DNA of 64,000 bases from Eledone cirrhosa (lineage: Eukaryota), in assembly GCA_964016885.1 (NCBI GenBank), contig OZ024741.1, positions 149,544,001 through 149,608,000 on the forward strand, given 5' to 3'. Shown here piece by piece: positions 1 to 15,000 of this stretch; position 1 is the stretch's first letter; each line of letters starts with the position of its first letter. Under the pieces are notes generated by a model. It made no database searches. It had not been told where the DNA came from and worked only from the letters and a program-made list of their open reading frames with translations. A program made the translations under genes and the position numbers.

Positions 1-3000
1 ATTATAACAGAGGGTGGAGTAGTAGATTATAACAGAGAGGGAGTAGTAGATTATAACAGAGGGTGGAGGAGTAGATTATAACAGAGGGTGGAGGAGTAGA
101 TTATAACAGCTGGGGGGAGGAGTAGATTATAACAGATGGGGGAGGAGTAGATTATAACAGATGGGGAGGAGTAGATTATAACAGATGGGGGGGAGTAGAT
201 TATAACAGAGGGGGAGGAGTAGATTATAACAGAGGGTGGAGGAGTAGATTATAACAGAGGGTGGAGGAGTAGATTATAACAGCTGGGGGGAGGAGTAGAT
301 TATAACAGATGGGGAGGAGTAGATTATAACAGATGGTGGGAGGAGTAGATTATAACAGAGGGTGGAGGAGTAGATTATTCAGAGGGTGGAGGTGTAGATT
401 ATAACAGCTGGGGGGAGGAGTAGATTATAACAGATGGGGAGGAGTAGATTATAACAGAGGGTGGGGCAGTAGATTATTCAGAGGGTGGAGGTGTAGATTA
501 TAACAGCTGGGGGGAGGAGTAGATTATAACAGATGGGGAGGAGTAGATTATAACAGATGGTGGAGGAGTAGATTATAACAGATGGGGAGGAGTAGATTAT
601 AACAGATGGTGGAGTAGTAGATTATAACAGAGGGTGGAGGAGTAGATTATAACAGATGGGGAGGAGTAGATTATAACAGATGGGGAGGAGTAGATTATAA
701 CAGAGGGTGGAGGAGTAGATTATAACAGAGGGTGGAGGAGTAGATTATAACAGATGGGGGGAGTAGATTATAACAGATGGGGGGAGGAGTTGATTATAAC
801 AGATGGTGGAGGAGTAGATTATAACATATGGGGGGAGTAGTAGATTATAACAGATGGAGAGGAGTAGATTATAACAGATGGTGGGAGGAGTAGATTATAA
901 CAGAGGGTGGAGGAGTAGATTATAACAGAGGGTGGAGGAGTAGATTATAACAGATGGGGGGAGTAGTAGATTATAACAGATGGGGAGTAGATTATAACAG
1001 AGGGTGGAGTATATTATAACAGAGGGTGGAGGAGTAGATTATAACAGCTGGGGGGAGTAGATTATAACAGATGGGGGAGGAGTAGATTATAACAGAGGGA
1101 GTAGATTATAACTGAGGGTGGAGTAGTAGATTATAACAAATGTGGGGAGGAGTAGATTATAACAGATGGGGGGGAGGAGTAGATTATAACAGATGGGGGG
1201 AGGAGTTGATTATAAGAGAGGGTGGAGGAGTAGATTATAACAGATGGGGGAGGAGGAGATTATAACAGAGAGGGAGGAGTAGATTATAACAGAGGATGGA
1301 AGAGTAGATTATAACAGAGGGTGGAGGAGTAGATTATAAGAGAGGGTGGAGGAGTAGTTTATAACAGAGGGTGGTGTAGTAGATTATAACAGAGGGGGAG
1401 GAGTAGATTGTAACAGATGGGGGGAGGAGGAGATTATAACAGATGGGGGGAGGAGTTGATTATAAGAGAAGGTGGAGGAGTAGATTATAACAGATGGGGG
1501 GAGGAGGAGATTATAACAGAGAGGGAGGAGTAGATTATAACAGAGGGTGGTGTAGTAGATTATAACAGAGGGGGAGGAGTAGATTGTAACAGATGGGGGG
1601 AGGAGTAGATTATAACAGATGGGGGGAGTAGTAGATTATAACAGAGGGTGGAGTAGTAGATTATAACAGGGTGGAGGAGTAGATTATAACAGAGAGGGAG
1701 GAGTAGATTATAACAGATGGGGGAGGAGTTGATTATAAGAGAGGGTGGAGGAGTAGATTATAGCAGATGGGGGGAGGAGGAGATTATAACAGAGAGGGAG
1801 GAGTAGATTATAACAGAGGATGGAAGAGTAGATTATAACAGAGGGTGGAGGAGTAGATTATAAGAGAGGGTGGAGGAGTAGATTATAACAGAGGGTGGTG
1901 TAGTAGATTATAACAGAGGGGGAGGAGTAGATTGTAACAGATGGGGGGAGGAGGAGATTATAACAGATGGGGGGAGGAGTTGATTATAAGAGAAGGTGGA
2001 GGAGTAGATTATAACAGATGGGGGGAGGAGGAGATTATAACAGAGAGGGAGGAGTAGATTATAACAGAGGGTGGTGTAGTAGATTATAACAGAGGGGGAG
2101 GAGTAGATTGTAACAGATGGGGGGAGGAGTAGATTATAACAGATGGGGGGAGTAGTAGATTATAACAGAGGGTGGAGTAGTAGATTATAACAGGGTGGAG
2201 GAGTAGATTATAACAGAGAGGGAGGAGTAGATTATAACAGAGGGTGGTGTAGTAGATTATAACAGAGGGGGAGGGGTAGATTGTAACAGATGGGGGGAGG
2301 AGTAGATTATAACAGAGGGTGGAGTAGTAGATTATAACAGAGGGTGGAGTAGTAGATTATAACAGGGTGGAGGAGTAGATTATAACAGAGAGGGAGGAGT
2401 AGATTATAACAGAGGGTGGTGTAGTAGATTATAACAGAGGGGGAGGAGTAGCTTGTAACAGATGGGGGGAGGAGTAGATTATAACAGAGGGTGGAGTAGT
2501 AGATTATAACAGAGGGTGGAGTAGTAGATTATAACAGGGTGGAGGAGTAGATTATAACAGAGGGTGGAGGAGTAGATTATAACAGATGGGGGGAGGAGTA
2601 GATTATAACAGAGGGTGGAGGAGTAGATTATAACAGATGGGGAGGAGTAGATTATAACAGAGGGTGGAGGAGTAGATTATAACAGAGGGTGGAGCAGTAG
2701 ATTATAACAGAGGGTGGAGGAGTAGATTATAACAGAGGGTGGAGGAGTAGATTATAACAGATGGGGGGAGGAGTAGATTATAACAGAGGGTGGAGGAGTA
2801 GATTATAACAGATGGGGAGGAGTAGATTATAACAGAGGGTGGAGTAGTAGATTATAACAGAGGGTGGAGGAGTAGATTATAACAGATGGGGGGAGGAGTA
2901 GATTATAACAGAGGGTGGAGGAGTAGATTATAACAGAGGGTGGAGGAGTAGATTATAACAGAGGGTGGAGGAGTAGATTATAACAGAGGGTGGAGGAGTA

Positions 3001-6000
3001 GATTATAACAGATGGGGGGAGGAGTAGATTATAACAGAGGGTGGAGGAGTAGATTATAACAGATGGGGAGGAGTAGATTATAACAGAGGGTGGAGTAGTA
3101 GATTATAACAGAGGGTGGAGGAGTAGATTATAACAGATGGGGGGAGGAGTAGATTATAACAGAGGGTGGAGGAGTAGATTATAACAGAGGGTGGAGGAGT
3201 AGATTATAACAGAGGGTGGAGGAGTAGATTATAACAGAGGGTGGAGGAGTAGATTATAACAGATGGGGGGAGGAGTAGATTATAACAGAGGGTGGAGGAG
3301 TAGATTATAACAGACGGTGGAGGAGTAGATTATAACAGAGGGTGGAGGAGTAGATTATAACAGATGGGGAGGAGTAGATTATAACAGAGGGTGGAGTAGT
3401 AGATTATAACAGAGGGGGAGGAGTAGATTATAACAGAGGGTGGAGGAGTATATTATAACAGATGGGGGGAGGAGGAGATTATAACAGATGGGGAGGAGTA
3501 GATTATAACAGATGGGGAGGAGTAGATTATAACAGAGGGTGGAGTAGTAGATTATAACAGAGGGGGAGGAGTAGATTATAACAGAGGGTGGAGTAGTAGA
3601 TTATAACAGATGGAGGAGGAGTAGATTATAACAGATGGGGAGGAGTAGATTATAACAGAGGGTGGAGTAGTAGATTATAACAGATGGGGAGGAGTAGATT
3701 ATAACAGAGAGGGAGTAGTAGATTATAACAGAGGGGGAGGAGTAGATTATAACAGAGGGGGGGAGTAGATTATAACAGAGGGTGGAGTAGTAGATTATAA
3801 CAGAGAGGGAGTAGTAGATTATAACAGAGGGTGGAGGAGTAGATTATAACAGAGGGTGGAGGAGTAGATTATAACAGCTGGGGGGAGGAGTAGATTATAA
3901 CAGATGGGGGAGGAGTAGATTATAACAGATGGGGAGGAGTAGATTATAACAGATGGGGGGGAGTAGATTATAACAGAGGGTGGAGGTGTAGATTATAACA
4001 GCTGGGGGGAGGAGTAGATTATAACAGATGGGGAGGAGTAGATTATAACAGATGGTGGGAGGAGTAGATTATAACAGAGGGTGGAGGAGTAGATTATTCA
4101 GAGGGTGGAGGTGTAGATTATAACAGCTGGGGGGAGGAGTAGATTATAACAGATGGGGAGGAGTAGATTATAACAGATGGTGGGAGGAGTAGATTATAAC
4201 AGAGGGTGGAGGAGTAGATTATTCAGAGGGTGGAGGTGTAGATTATAACAGCTGGGGGGAGGAGTAGATTATAACAGATGGGGAGGAGTAGATTATAACA
4301 GATGGTGGAGGAGTAGATTATAACTGATGGGGAGGAGTAGATTATAACAGATGGTGGAGTAGTAGATTATAACAGAGGGTGGAGTAGTAGATTATAACAG
4401 AGGGTGGAGGAGTAGATTATAACAGATGGGGAGGAGTAGATTATAACAGATGGGGAGGAGTAGATTATAACAGAGGGTGGAGGAGTAGATTATAACAGAG
4501 GGTGGAGGAGTAGATTATAACAGATGGGGGGAGGAGTAGATTATAACAGAGGGTGGAGGAGTAGATTATAACAGAGGGTGGAGGAGTAGATTATAACAGA
4601 GGGTGGAGGAGTAGATTATAACAGATGGGGAGGAGTAGGAGGAGTAGATTATAACAGAGGGTGGAGTAGTAGATTATAACAGATGGGGGGAGGAGTAGAT
4701 TATAACAGAGGGTGGAGGAGTAGATTATAACAGAGGGTGGAGGAGTAAATTATAACAGATGGGGAGGAGTAGATTATAACAGATGGGGAGGAGTAGATTA
4801 TAACAGAGGGTGGAGTAGTAGATTATAACAGAGGGTGGAGGAGTAGATTATAACAGATGGGGAGGAGTAGATTATAACAGATGGGGAGGAGTAGATTATA
4901 ACAGAGTGTGGAGGAGTAGATTATAACAGAGGGTGGAGTAGTAGATTATAACAGAGGGTGGAGGAGTAGATTATAACAGATGGGGGGAGGAGTAGATTAT
5001 AACAGATGGGGAGGAGTAGATTATAACAGAGGGTGGAGTAGTAGATTATAACAGAGGGTGGAGGAGTAGATCATAACAGAGGGTGGAGGAGTAGATTATA
5101 ACAGAGGGTGGAGGAGTAGATTATAACAGAGGGTGGAGGAGTAGATTATAACAGAGGGTGGAGGAGTAGATTATAACAGAGGGTGGAGGAGTAGATTATA
5201 ACATATGGGGGGAGTAGTAGATTATAACAGATGGAGAGGAGTAGATTATAACAGATGGTGGGAGGAGTAGATTATAACAGAGGGTGGAGGAGTAGATTAT
5301 AACAGATGGGGGGAGTAGTAGATTATAACAGATGGGGAGTAGATTATAACAGAGGGTGGAGTATATTATAACAGAGGGTGGAGGAGTAGATTATAACAGC
5401 TGGGGGGAGTAGATTATAACAGATGGGGGAGGAGTAGATTATAACAGAGGGAGTAGATTATAACTGAGGGTGGAGTAGTAGATTATAACAAATGTGGGGA
5501 GGAGTAGATTATAACAGATGGGGGGGGGAGTAGATTATAACAGATGGGGGGAGGAGTTGATTATAAGAGAGGGTGGAGGAGTAGATTATAACAGATGGGG
5601 GAGGAGGAGATTATAACAGAGAGGGAGGAGTAGATTATAACAGAGGATGGAAGAGTAGATTATAACAGAGGGTGGAGGAGTAGATTATAAGAGAGGGTGG
5701 AGGAGTAGTTTATAACAGAGGGTGGTGTAGTAGATTATAACAGAGGGGGAGGAGTAGATTGTAACAGATGGGGGGAGGAGGAGATTATAACAGATGGGGG
5801 GAGGAGTTGATTATAAGAGAAGGTGGAGGAGTAGATTATAACAGATGGGGGGAGGAGGAGATTATAACAGAGAGGGAGGAGTAGATTATAACAGAGGGTG
5901 GTGTAGTAGATTATAACAGAGGGGGAGGAGTAGATTGTAACAGATGGGGGGAGGAGTAGATTATAACAGATGGGGGGAGTAGTAGATTATAACAGAGGGT

Positions 6001-9000
6001 GGAGTAGTAGATTATAACAGGGTGGAGGAGTAGATTATAACAGAGAGGGAGGAGTAGATTATAACAGATGGGGGAGGAGTTGATTATAAGAGAGGGTGGA
6101 GGAGTAGATTATAACAGATGGGGGGAGGAGGAGATTATAACAGAGAGGGAGGAGTAGATTATAACAGAGGATGGAAGAGTAGATTATAACAGAGGGTGGA
6201 GGAGTAGATTATAAGAGAGGGTGGAGGAGTAGATTATAACAGAGGGTGGTGTAGTAGATTATAACAGAGGGGGAGGAGTAGATTGTAACAGATGGGGGGA
6301 GGAGGAGATTATAACAGATGGGGGGAGGAGTTGATTATAAGAGAAGGTGGAGGAGTAGATTATAACAGATGGGGGGAGGAGGAGATTATAACAGAGAGGG
6401 AGGAGTAGATTATAACAGAGGGTGGTGTAGTAGATTATAACAGAGGGGGAGGAGTAGATTGTAACAGATGGGGGGAGGAGTAGATTATAACAGATGGGGG
6501 GAGGAGTAGATTATAACAGATGGGGGGAGTAGTAGATTATAACAGAGGGTGGAGTAGTAGATTATAACAGGGTGGAGGAGTAGATTATAACAGAGAGGGA
6601 GGAGTAGATTATAACAGAGGGTGGTGTAGTAGATTATAACAGAGGGGGAGGAGTAGATTGTAAAAGATGGGGGGAGGAGTAGATTATAACAGAGGGTGGA
6701 GTAGTAGATTATAACAGAGGGTGGAGTAGTAGATTATAACAGGGTGGAGGAGTAGATTATAACAGAGAGGGAGGAGTAGATTATAACAGAGGGTGGTGTA
6801 GTAGATTATAACAGAGGGGGAGGAGTAGCTTGTAACAGATGGGGGGAGGAGTAGATTATAACAGAGGGTGGAGTAGTAGATTATAACAGAGGGTGGAGTA
6901 GTAGATTATAACAGGGTGGAGGAGTAGATTATAACAGAGGGTGGAGGAGTAGATTATAACAGATGGGGGGAGGAGTAGATTATAACAGAGGGTGGAGGAG
7001 TAGATTATAACAGATGGGGAGGAGTAGATTATAACAGAGGGTGGAGGAGTAGATTATAACAGAGGGTGGAGGAGTAGATTATAACAGAGGGTGGAGGAGT
7101 AGATTATAACAGAGGGTGGAGGAGTAGATTATAACAGATGGGGGGAGGAGTAGATTATAACAGAGGGTGGAGGAGTAGATTATAACAGATGGGGAGGAGT
7201 AGATTATAACAGAGGGTGGAGTAGTAGATTATAACAGAGGGTGGAGGAGTAGATTATAACAGATGGGGGGAGGAGTAGATTATAACAGAGGGTGGAGGAG
7301 TAGATTATAACAGAGGGTGGAGGAGTAGATTATAACAGAGGGTGGAGGAGTAGATTATAACAGATGGGGGGAGGAGTAGATTATAACAGAGGGTGGAGGA
7401 GTAGATTATAACAGATGGGGAGGAGTAGATTATAACAGAGGGTGGAGTAGTAGATTATAACAGAGGGTGGAGGAGTAGATTATAACAGATGGGGGGAGGA
7501 GTAGATTATAACAGAGGGTGGAGGAGTAGATTATAACAGAGGGTGGAGGAGTAGATTATAACAGAGGGTGGAGGAGTAGATTATAACAGAGGGTGGAGGA
7601 GTAGATTATAACAGATGGGGGGAGGAGTAGATTATAACAGAGGGTGGAGGAGTAGATTATAACAGAGGGTGGAGGAGTAGATTATAACAGAGGGTGGAGG
7701 AGTAGATTATAACAGATGGGGAGGAGTAGATTATAACAGAGGGTGGAGTAGTAGATTATAACAGAGGGGGAGGAGTAGATTATAACAGAGGGTGGAGGAG
7801 TATATTATAACAGATGGGGGGAGGAGGAGATTATAACAGATGGGGAGGAGTAGATTATAACAGATGGGGAGGAGTAGATTATAACAGAGGGTGGAGTAGT
7901 AGATTATAACAGAGGGGGAGGAGTAGATTATAACAGAGGGTGGAGTAGTAGATTATAACAGATGGAGGAGGAGTAGATTATAACAGATGGGGAGGAGTAG
8001 ATTATAACAGAGGGTGGAGTAGTAGATTATAACAGATGGGGAGGAGTAGATTATAACAGAGAGGGAGTAGTAGATTATAACAGAGGGGGAGGAGTAGATT
8101 ATAACAGAGGGGGGGGAGTAGATTATAACAGAGGGTGGAGTAGTAGATTATAACAGAGAGGGAGTAGTAGATTATAACAGAGGGTGGAGGAGTAGATTAT
8201 AACAGAGGGTGGAGGAGTAGATTATAACAGCTGGGGGGAGGAGTAGATTATAACAGATGGGGGAGGAGTAGATTATAACAGATGGGGAGGAGTAGATTAT
8301 AACAGATGGGGGGGAGTAGATTATAACAGAGGGTGGAGGTGTAGATTATAACAGCTGGGGGGAGGAGTAGATTATAACAGATGGTGGGAGGAGTAGATTA
8401 TAACAGAGGGTGGAGGAGTAGATTATTCAGAGGGTGGAGGTGTAGATTATAACAGCTGGGGGGAGGAGTAGATTATAACAGATGGGGAGGAGTAGATTAT
8501 AACAGATGGTGGGAGGAGTAGATTATAACAGAGGGTGGAGGAGTAGATTATTCAGAGGGTGGAGGTGTAGATTATAACAGCTGGGGGGAGGAGTAGATTA
8601 TAACAGATGGGGAGGAGTAGATTATAACAGATGGTGGAGGAGTAGATTATAACAGATGGGGAGGAGTAGATTATAACAGATGGTGGAGTAGTAGATTATA
8701 ACAGAGGGTGGAGTAGTAGATTATAACAGAGGGTGGAGGAGTAGATTATAACAGAGGGTGGAGGAGTAGATTATAACAGATGGGGGGAGGAGTAGATTAT
8801 AACAGAGGGTGGAGGAGTAGATTATAACAGAGGGTGGAGGAGTAGATTATAACAGAGGGTGGAGGAGTAGATTATAACAGATGGGGAGGAGTAGGAGGAG
8901 TAGATTATAACAGAGGGTGGAGTAGTAGATTATAACAGATGGGGGGAGGAGTAGATTATAACAGAGGGTGGAGGAGTAGATTATAACAGAGGGTGGAGGA

Positions 9001-12000
9001 GTAAATTATAACAGATGGGGAGGAGTAGATTATAACAGATGGGGAGGAGTAGATTATAACAGAGGGTGGAGTAGTAGATTATAACAGAGGGTGGAGGAGT
9101 AGATTATAACAGATGGGGAGGAGTAGATTATAACAGATGGGGAGGAGTAGATTATAACAGAGTGTGGAGGAGTAGATTATAACAGAGGGTGGAGTAGTAG
9201 ATTATAACAGAGGGTGGAGGAGTAGATTATAACAGATGGGGGGAGGAGTAGATTATAACAGATGGGGAGGAGTAGATTATAACAGAGGGTGGAGTAGTAG
9301 ATTATAACAGAGGGTGGAGGAGTAGATCATAACAGAGGGTGGAGGAGTAGATTATAACAGAGGGTGGAGGAGTAGATTATAACAGAGGGTGGAGGAGTAG
9401 ATTATAACAGAGGGTGGAGGAGTAGATTATAACAGAGGGTGGAGGAGTAGATTATAACAGAGGGTGGAGGAGTAGATTATAACAGATGGGGAGGAGTAGA
9501 TTATAACAGAGGGTGGAGTAGTAGATTATAACAGAGGGTGGAGGAGTAGATTATAACAGAGGGTGGAGGAGTAGATTATAACAGAGGGTGGAGGAGTAGA
9601 TTATAACAGAGGTGGAGGAGTAGATTATAACAGAGGGTGGAGGAGTAGATTATAACAGATGGGGGGAGGAGTAGATTATAACAGAGGGTGGAGGAGTAGA
9701 TTATAACAGAGGGTGGAGGAGTAGATTATAACAGAGGGTGGAGGAGTAGATTATAACAGATGGGGAGGAGTAGATTATAACAGAGGGTGGAGTAGTAGAT
9801 TATAACAGAGGGGGAGGAGTAGATTATAACAGAGGGTGGAGTAGTAGATTATAACAGAGAGGGAGTAGTAGATTATAACAGAGGGTGGAGGAGTAGATTA
9901 TAACAGAGGGTGGAGGAGTAGATTATAACAGCTGGGGGGAGGAGTAGATTATAACAGATGGGGGAGGAGTAGATTATAACAGATGGGGAGGAGTAGATTA
10001 TAACAGATGGGGGGGAGTAGATTATAACAGAGGGTGGAGTAGTAGATTATAACAGAGGCTGGAGTAGTAGATTATAACGGATGGGGGGAGGAGTAGATTA
10101 TAACAGCTGGGGGGAGGTGTAGATTATAACAGCTGGGGGGAGGAGTAGATTATAACAGATGGGGAGGAGTAGATTATAACAGATGGTGGGAGGAGTAGAT
10201 TATAACAGAGGGTGGAGGAGTAGATTATTCAGAGGGTGGAGGTGTAGATTATAACAGCTGGGGGGAGGAGTAGATTATAACAGATGGGGAGGAGTAGATT
10301 ATAACAGAGGGTGGGGGAGTAGATTATTCAGAGGGTGGAGGTGTAGATTATAACAGCTGGGGGGAGGAGTAGATTATAACAGATGGGGAGGAGTAGATTA
10401 TAACAGATGGTGGAGGAGTAGATTATAAGAGAGGGTGGAGGAGTAGTTTATAACAGAGGGTGGTGTAGTAGATTATAACAGAGGGGGAGGAGTAGATTGT
10501 AACAGATGGGGGGAGGAGGAGATTATAACAGATGGGGGGAGGAGTTGATTATAAGAGAAGGTGGAGGAGTAGATTATAACAGATGGGGGGAGGAGGAGAT
10601 TATAACAGAGAGGGAGGAGTAGATTATAACAGAGGGTGGTGTAGTAGATTATAACAGAGGGGGAGGAGTAGATTGTAACAGATGGGGGGAGGAGTAGATT
10701 ATAACAGATGGGGGGAGTAGTAGATTATAACAGAGGGTGGAGTAGTAGATTATAACAGGGTGGAGGAGTAGATTATAACAGAGAGGGAGGAGTAGATTAT
10801 AACAGATGGGGGAGGAGTTGATTATAAGAGAGGGTGGAGGAGTAGATTATAACAGATGGGGAGAGGAGGAGATTATAACAGAGAGGGAGGAGTAGATTAT
10901 AACAGAGGATGGAAGAGTAGATTATAACAGAGGGTGGAGGAGTAGATTATAAGAGAGGGTGGAGGAGTAGATTATAACAGAGGGTGGTGTAGTAGATTAT
11001 AACAGAGGGGGAGGAGTAGATTGTAACAGATGGGTGGAGGAGGAGATTATAACAGATGGGGGGAGGAGTTGATTATAAGAGAAGGTGGAGGAGTAGATTA
11101 TAACGGATGGGGGGAGGAGGAGATTATAACAGAGAGGGAGGAGTAGATTATAACAGAGGGTGGTGTAGTAGATTATAACAGAGGGGGAGGAGTAGATTGT
11201 AACAGATGGGGGGAGGAGTAGATTATAACAGATGGGGGGAGTAGTAGATTATAACAGAGGGTGGAGTAGTAGATTATAACAGGGTGGAGGAGTAGATTAT
11301 AACAGAGAGGGAGGAGTAGATTATAACAGAGGGTGGTGTAGTAGATTATAACAGAGGGGGAGGAGTAGATTGTAACAGATGGGGGGAGGAGTAGATTATA
11401 ACAGAGGGTGGAGTAGTAGATTATAACAGAGGGTGGAGTAGTAGATTATAACAGAGGGTGGAGGAGTAGATTATAACAGAGGGTGGAGGAGTACATTATA
11501 ACAGATGGGGGGAGGAGTAGATTATAACAGAGGGTGGAGGAGTAGATTATAACAGATGGGGAGGAGTAGATTATAACAGAGGGTGGAGTAGTAGATTATA
11601 ACAGAGGGTGGAGGAGTAGATTATAACAGATGGGGGGAGGAGTAGATTATAACAGAGGGTGGAGGAGTAGATTATAACAGAGGGTGGAGGAGTAGATTAT
11701 AACAGAGGGTGGAGGAGTAGATTATAACAGAGGGTGGAGGAGTAGATTATAACAGATGGGGGGAGGAGTAGATTATAACAGAGGGTGGAGGAGTAGATTA
11801 TAACAGATGGGGAGGAGTAGATTATAACAGAGGGTGGAGTAGTAGATTATAACAGAGGGTGGAGGAGTAGATTATAACAGATGGGGGGAGGAGTAGATTA
11901 TAACAGAGGGTGGAGGAGTAGATTATAACAGAGGGTGGAGGAGTAGATTATAACAGAGGGTGGAGGAGTAGATTATAACAGAGGGTGGAGGAGTAGATTA

Positions 12001-15000
12001 TAACAGATGGGGGGAGGAGTAGATTATAACAGAGGGTGGAGGAGTAGATTATAACAGAGGGTGGAGGAGTAGATTATAACAGAGGGTGGAGGAGTAGATT
12101 ATAACAGATGGGGAGGAGTAGATTATAACAGAGGGTGGAGTAGTAGATTATAACAGAGGGGGAGGAGTAGATTATAACAGAGGGTGGAGGAGTATATTAT
12201 AACAGATGGGGGGAGGAGGAGATTATAACAGATGGGGAGGAGTAGATTATAACAGATGGGGAGGAGTAGATTATAACAGAGGGTGGAGTAGTAGATTATA
12301 ACAGAGGGGGAGGAGTAGATTATAACAGAGGGTGGAGTAGTAGATTATAACAGATGGAGGAGGAGTAGATTATAACAGATGGGGAGGAGTAGATTATAAC
12401 AGAGGGTGGAGTAGTAGATTATAACAGATGGGGAGGAGTAGATTATAACAGAGAGGGAGTAGTAGATTATAACAGAGGGGGAGGAGTAGATTATAACAGA
12501 GGGGGGGGGGAGTAGATTATAACAGAGGGTGGAGTAGTAGATTTTAACAGAGAGGGAGTAGTAGATTATAACAGAGGGTGGAGGAGTAGATTATAACAGA
12601 GGGTGGAGGAGTAGATTATAACAGCTGGGGGGAGGAGTAGATTATAACAGATGGGGGAGGAGTAGATTATAACAGATGGGGAGGAGTAGATTATAACAGA
12701 TGGGGGGGAGTAGATTATAACAGAGGGTGGAGGTGTAGATTATAACAGCTGGGGGGAGGAGTAGATTATAACAGATGGGGAGGAGTAGATTATAACAGAT
12801 GGTGGGAGGAGTAGATTATAACAGAGGGTGGAGGAGTAGATTATTCAGAGGGTGGAGGTGTAGATTATAACAGCTGGGGGGAGGAGTAGATTATAACAGA
12901 TGGGGAGGAGTAGATTATAACAGATGGTGGGAGGAGTAGATTATAACAGAGGGTGGAGGAGTAGATTATTCAGAGGGTGGAGGTGTAGATTATAACAGCT
13001 GGGGGGAGGAGTAGATTATAACAGATGGGGAGGAGTAGATTATAACAGATGGTGGAGGAGTAGATTATAACAGATGGGGAGGAGTAGATTATAACAGATG
13101 GTGGAGTAGTAGATTATAACAGAGGGTGGAGGAGTAGATTATAACAGATGGGGAGGAGTAGATTATAACAGATGGGGAGGAGTAGATTATAACAGAGGGT
13201 GGAGGAGTAGATTATAACAGAGGGTGGAGGAGTAGATTATAACAGATGGGGGGAGGAGTAGATTATAACAGAGGGTGGAGGAGTAGATTATAACAGAGGG
13301 TGGAGGAGTAGATTATAACAGAGGGTGGAGGAGTAGATTATAACAGATGGGGAGGAGTAGGAGGAGTAGATTATAACAGAGGGTGGAGTAGTAGATTATA
13401 ACAGATGGGGGGAGGAGTAGATTATAACAGAGGGTGGAGGAGTAGATTATAACAGAGGGTGGAGGACTAAATTATAACAGATGGGGAGGAGTAGATTATA
13501 ACAGATGGGGAGGAGTAGATTATAACAGAGGGTGGAGTAGTAGATTATAACAGAGGGTGGAGGAGTAGATTATAACAGATGGGGGGAGGAGTAGATTATA
13601 ACAGATGGGGAGGAGTAGATTATAACAGAGGGTGGAGTAGTAGATTATAACAGAGGGTGGAGGAGTAGATCATAACAGAGGGTGGAGGAGTAGATTATAA
13701 CAGAGGGTGGAGGAGTAGATTATAACAGAGGGTGGAGGAGTAGATTATAACAGAGGGTGGAGGAGTAGATTATAACAGAGGGTGGAGGAGTAGATTATAA
13801 CAGAGGGTGGAGGAGTAGATTATAACAGAGGGTGGAGGAGTAGATTATAACAGATGGGGAGGAGTAGATTATAACAGAGGGTGGAGTAGTAGATTATAAC
13901 AGAGGGTGGAGGAGTAGATTATAACAGAGGGTGGAGGAGTAGATTATAACAGAGGGTGGAGGAGTAGATTATAACAGAGGTGGAGGAGTAGATTATAACA
14001 GAGGGTGGAGGAGTAGATTATAACAGATGGGGGGAGGAGTAGATTATAACAGAGGGTGGAGGAGTAGATTATAACAGAGGGTGGAGGAGTAGATTATAAC
14101 AGAGGGTGGAGGAGTAGATTATAACAGATGGGGAGGAGTAGATTATAACAGAGGGTGGAGTAGTAGATTATAACAGAGGGGGAGGAGTAGATTATAACAG
14201 AGGGTGGAGTAGTAGATTATAACAGAGAGGGAGTAGTAGATTATAACAGAGGGTGGAGGAGTAGATTATAACAGAGGGTGGAGGAGTAGATTATAACAGC
14301 TGGGGGGAGGAGTAGATTATAACAGATGGGGGAGGAGTAGATTATAACAGATGGGGAGGAGTAGATTATAACAGATGGGGGGGAGTAGATTATAACAGAG
14401 GGTGGAGTAGTAGATTATAACAGAGGCTGGAGTAGTAGATTATAACGGATGGGGGGAGGAGTAGATTATAACAGCTGGGGGGAGGTGTAGATTATAACAG
14501 CTGGGGGGAGGAGTAGATTATAACAGATGGGGAGGAGTAGATTATAACAGATGGTGGGAGGAGTAGATTATAACAGAGGGTGGAGGAGTAGATTATTCAG
14601 AGGGTGGAGGTGTAGATTATAACAGCTGGGGGGAGGAGTAGATTATAACAGATGGGGAGGAGTAGATTATAACAGAGGGTGGGGGAGTAGATTATTCAGA
14701 GGGTGGAGGTGTAGATTATAACAGCTGGGGGGAGGAGTAGATTATAACAGATGGGGAGGAGTAGATTATAACAGATGGTGGAGGAGTAGATTATAACAGA
14801 TGTGGAGGAGTAGATTATAACAGATGGTGGAGTAGTAGATTATAACAGAGGGTGGAGGAGTAGATTATAACAGATGGGGAGGAGTAGATTATAACAGATG
14901 GGGAGGAGTAGATTATAACAGAGGGTGGAGGAGTAGATTATAACAGAGGGTGGAGGAGTAGATTATAACAGAGGGTGGAGGAGTAGATTATAACAGAGGG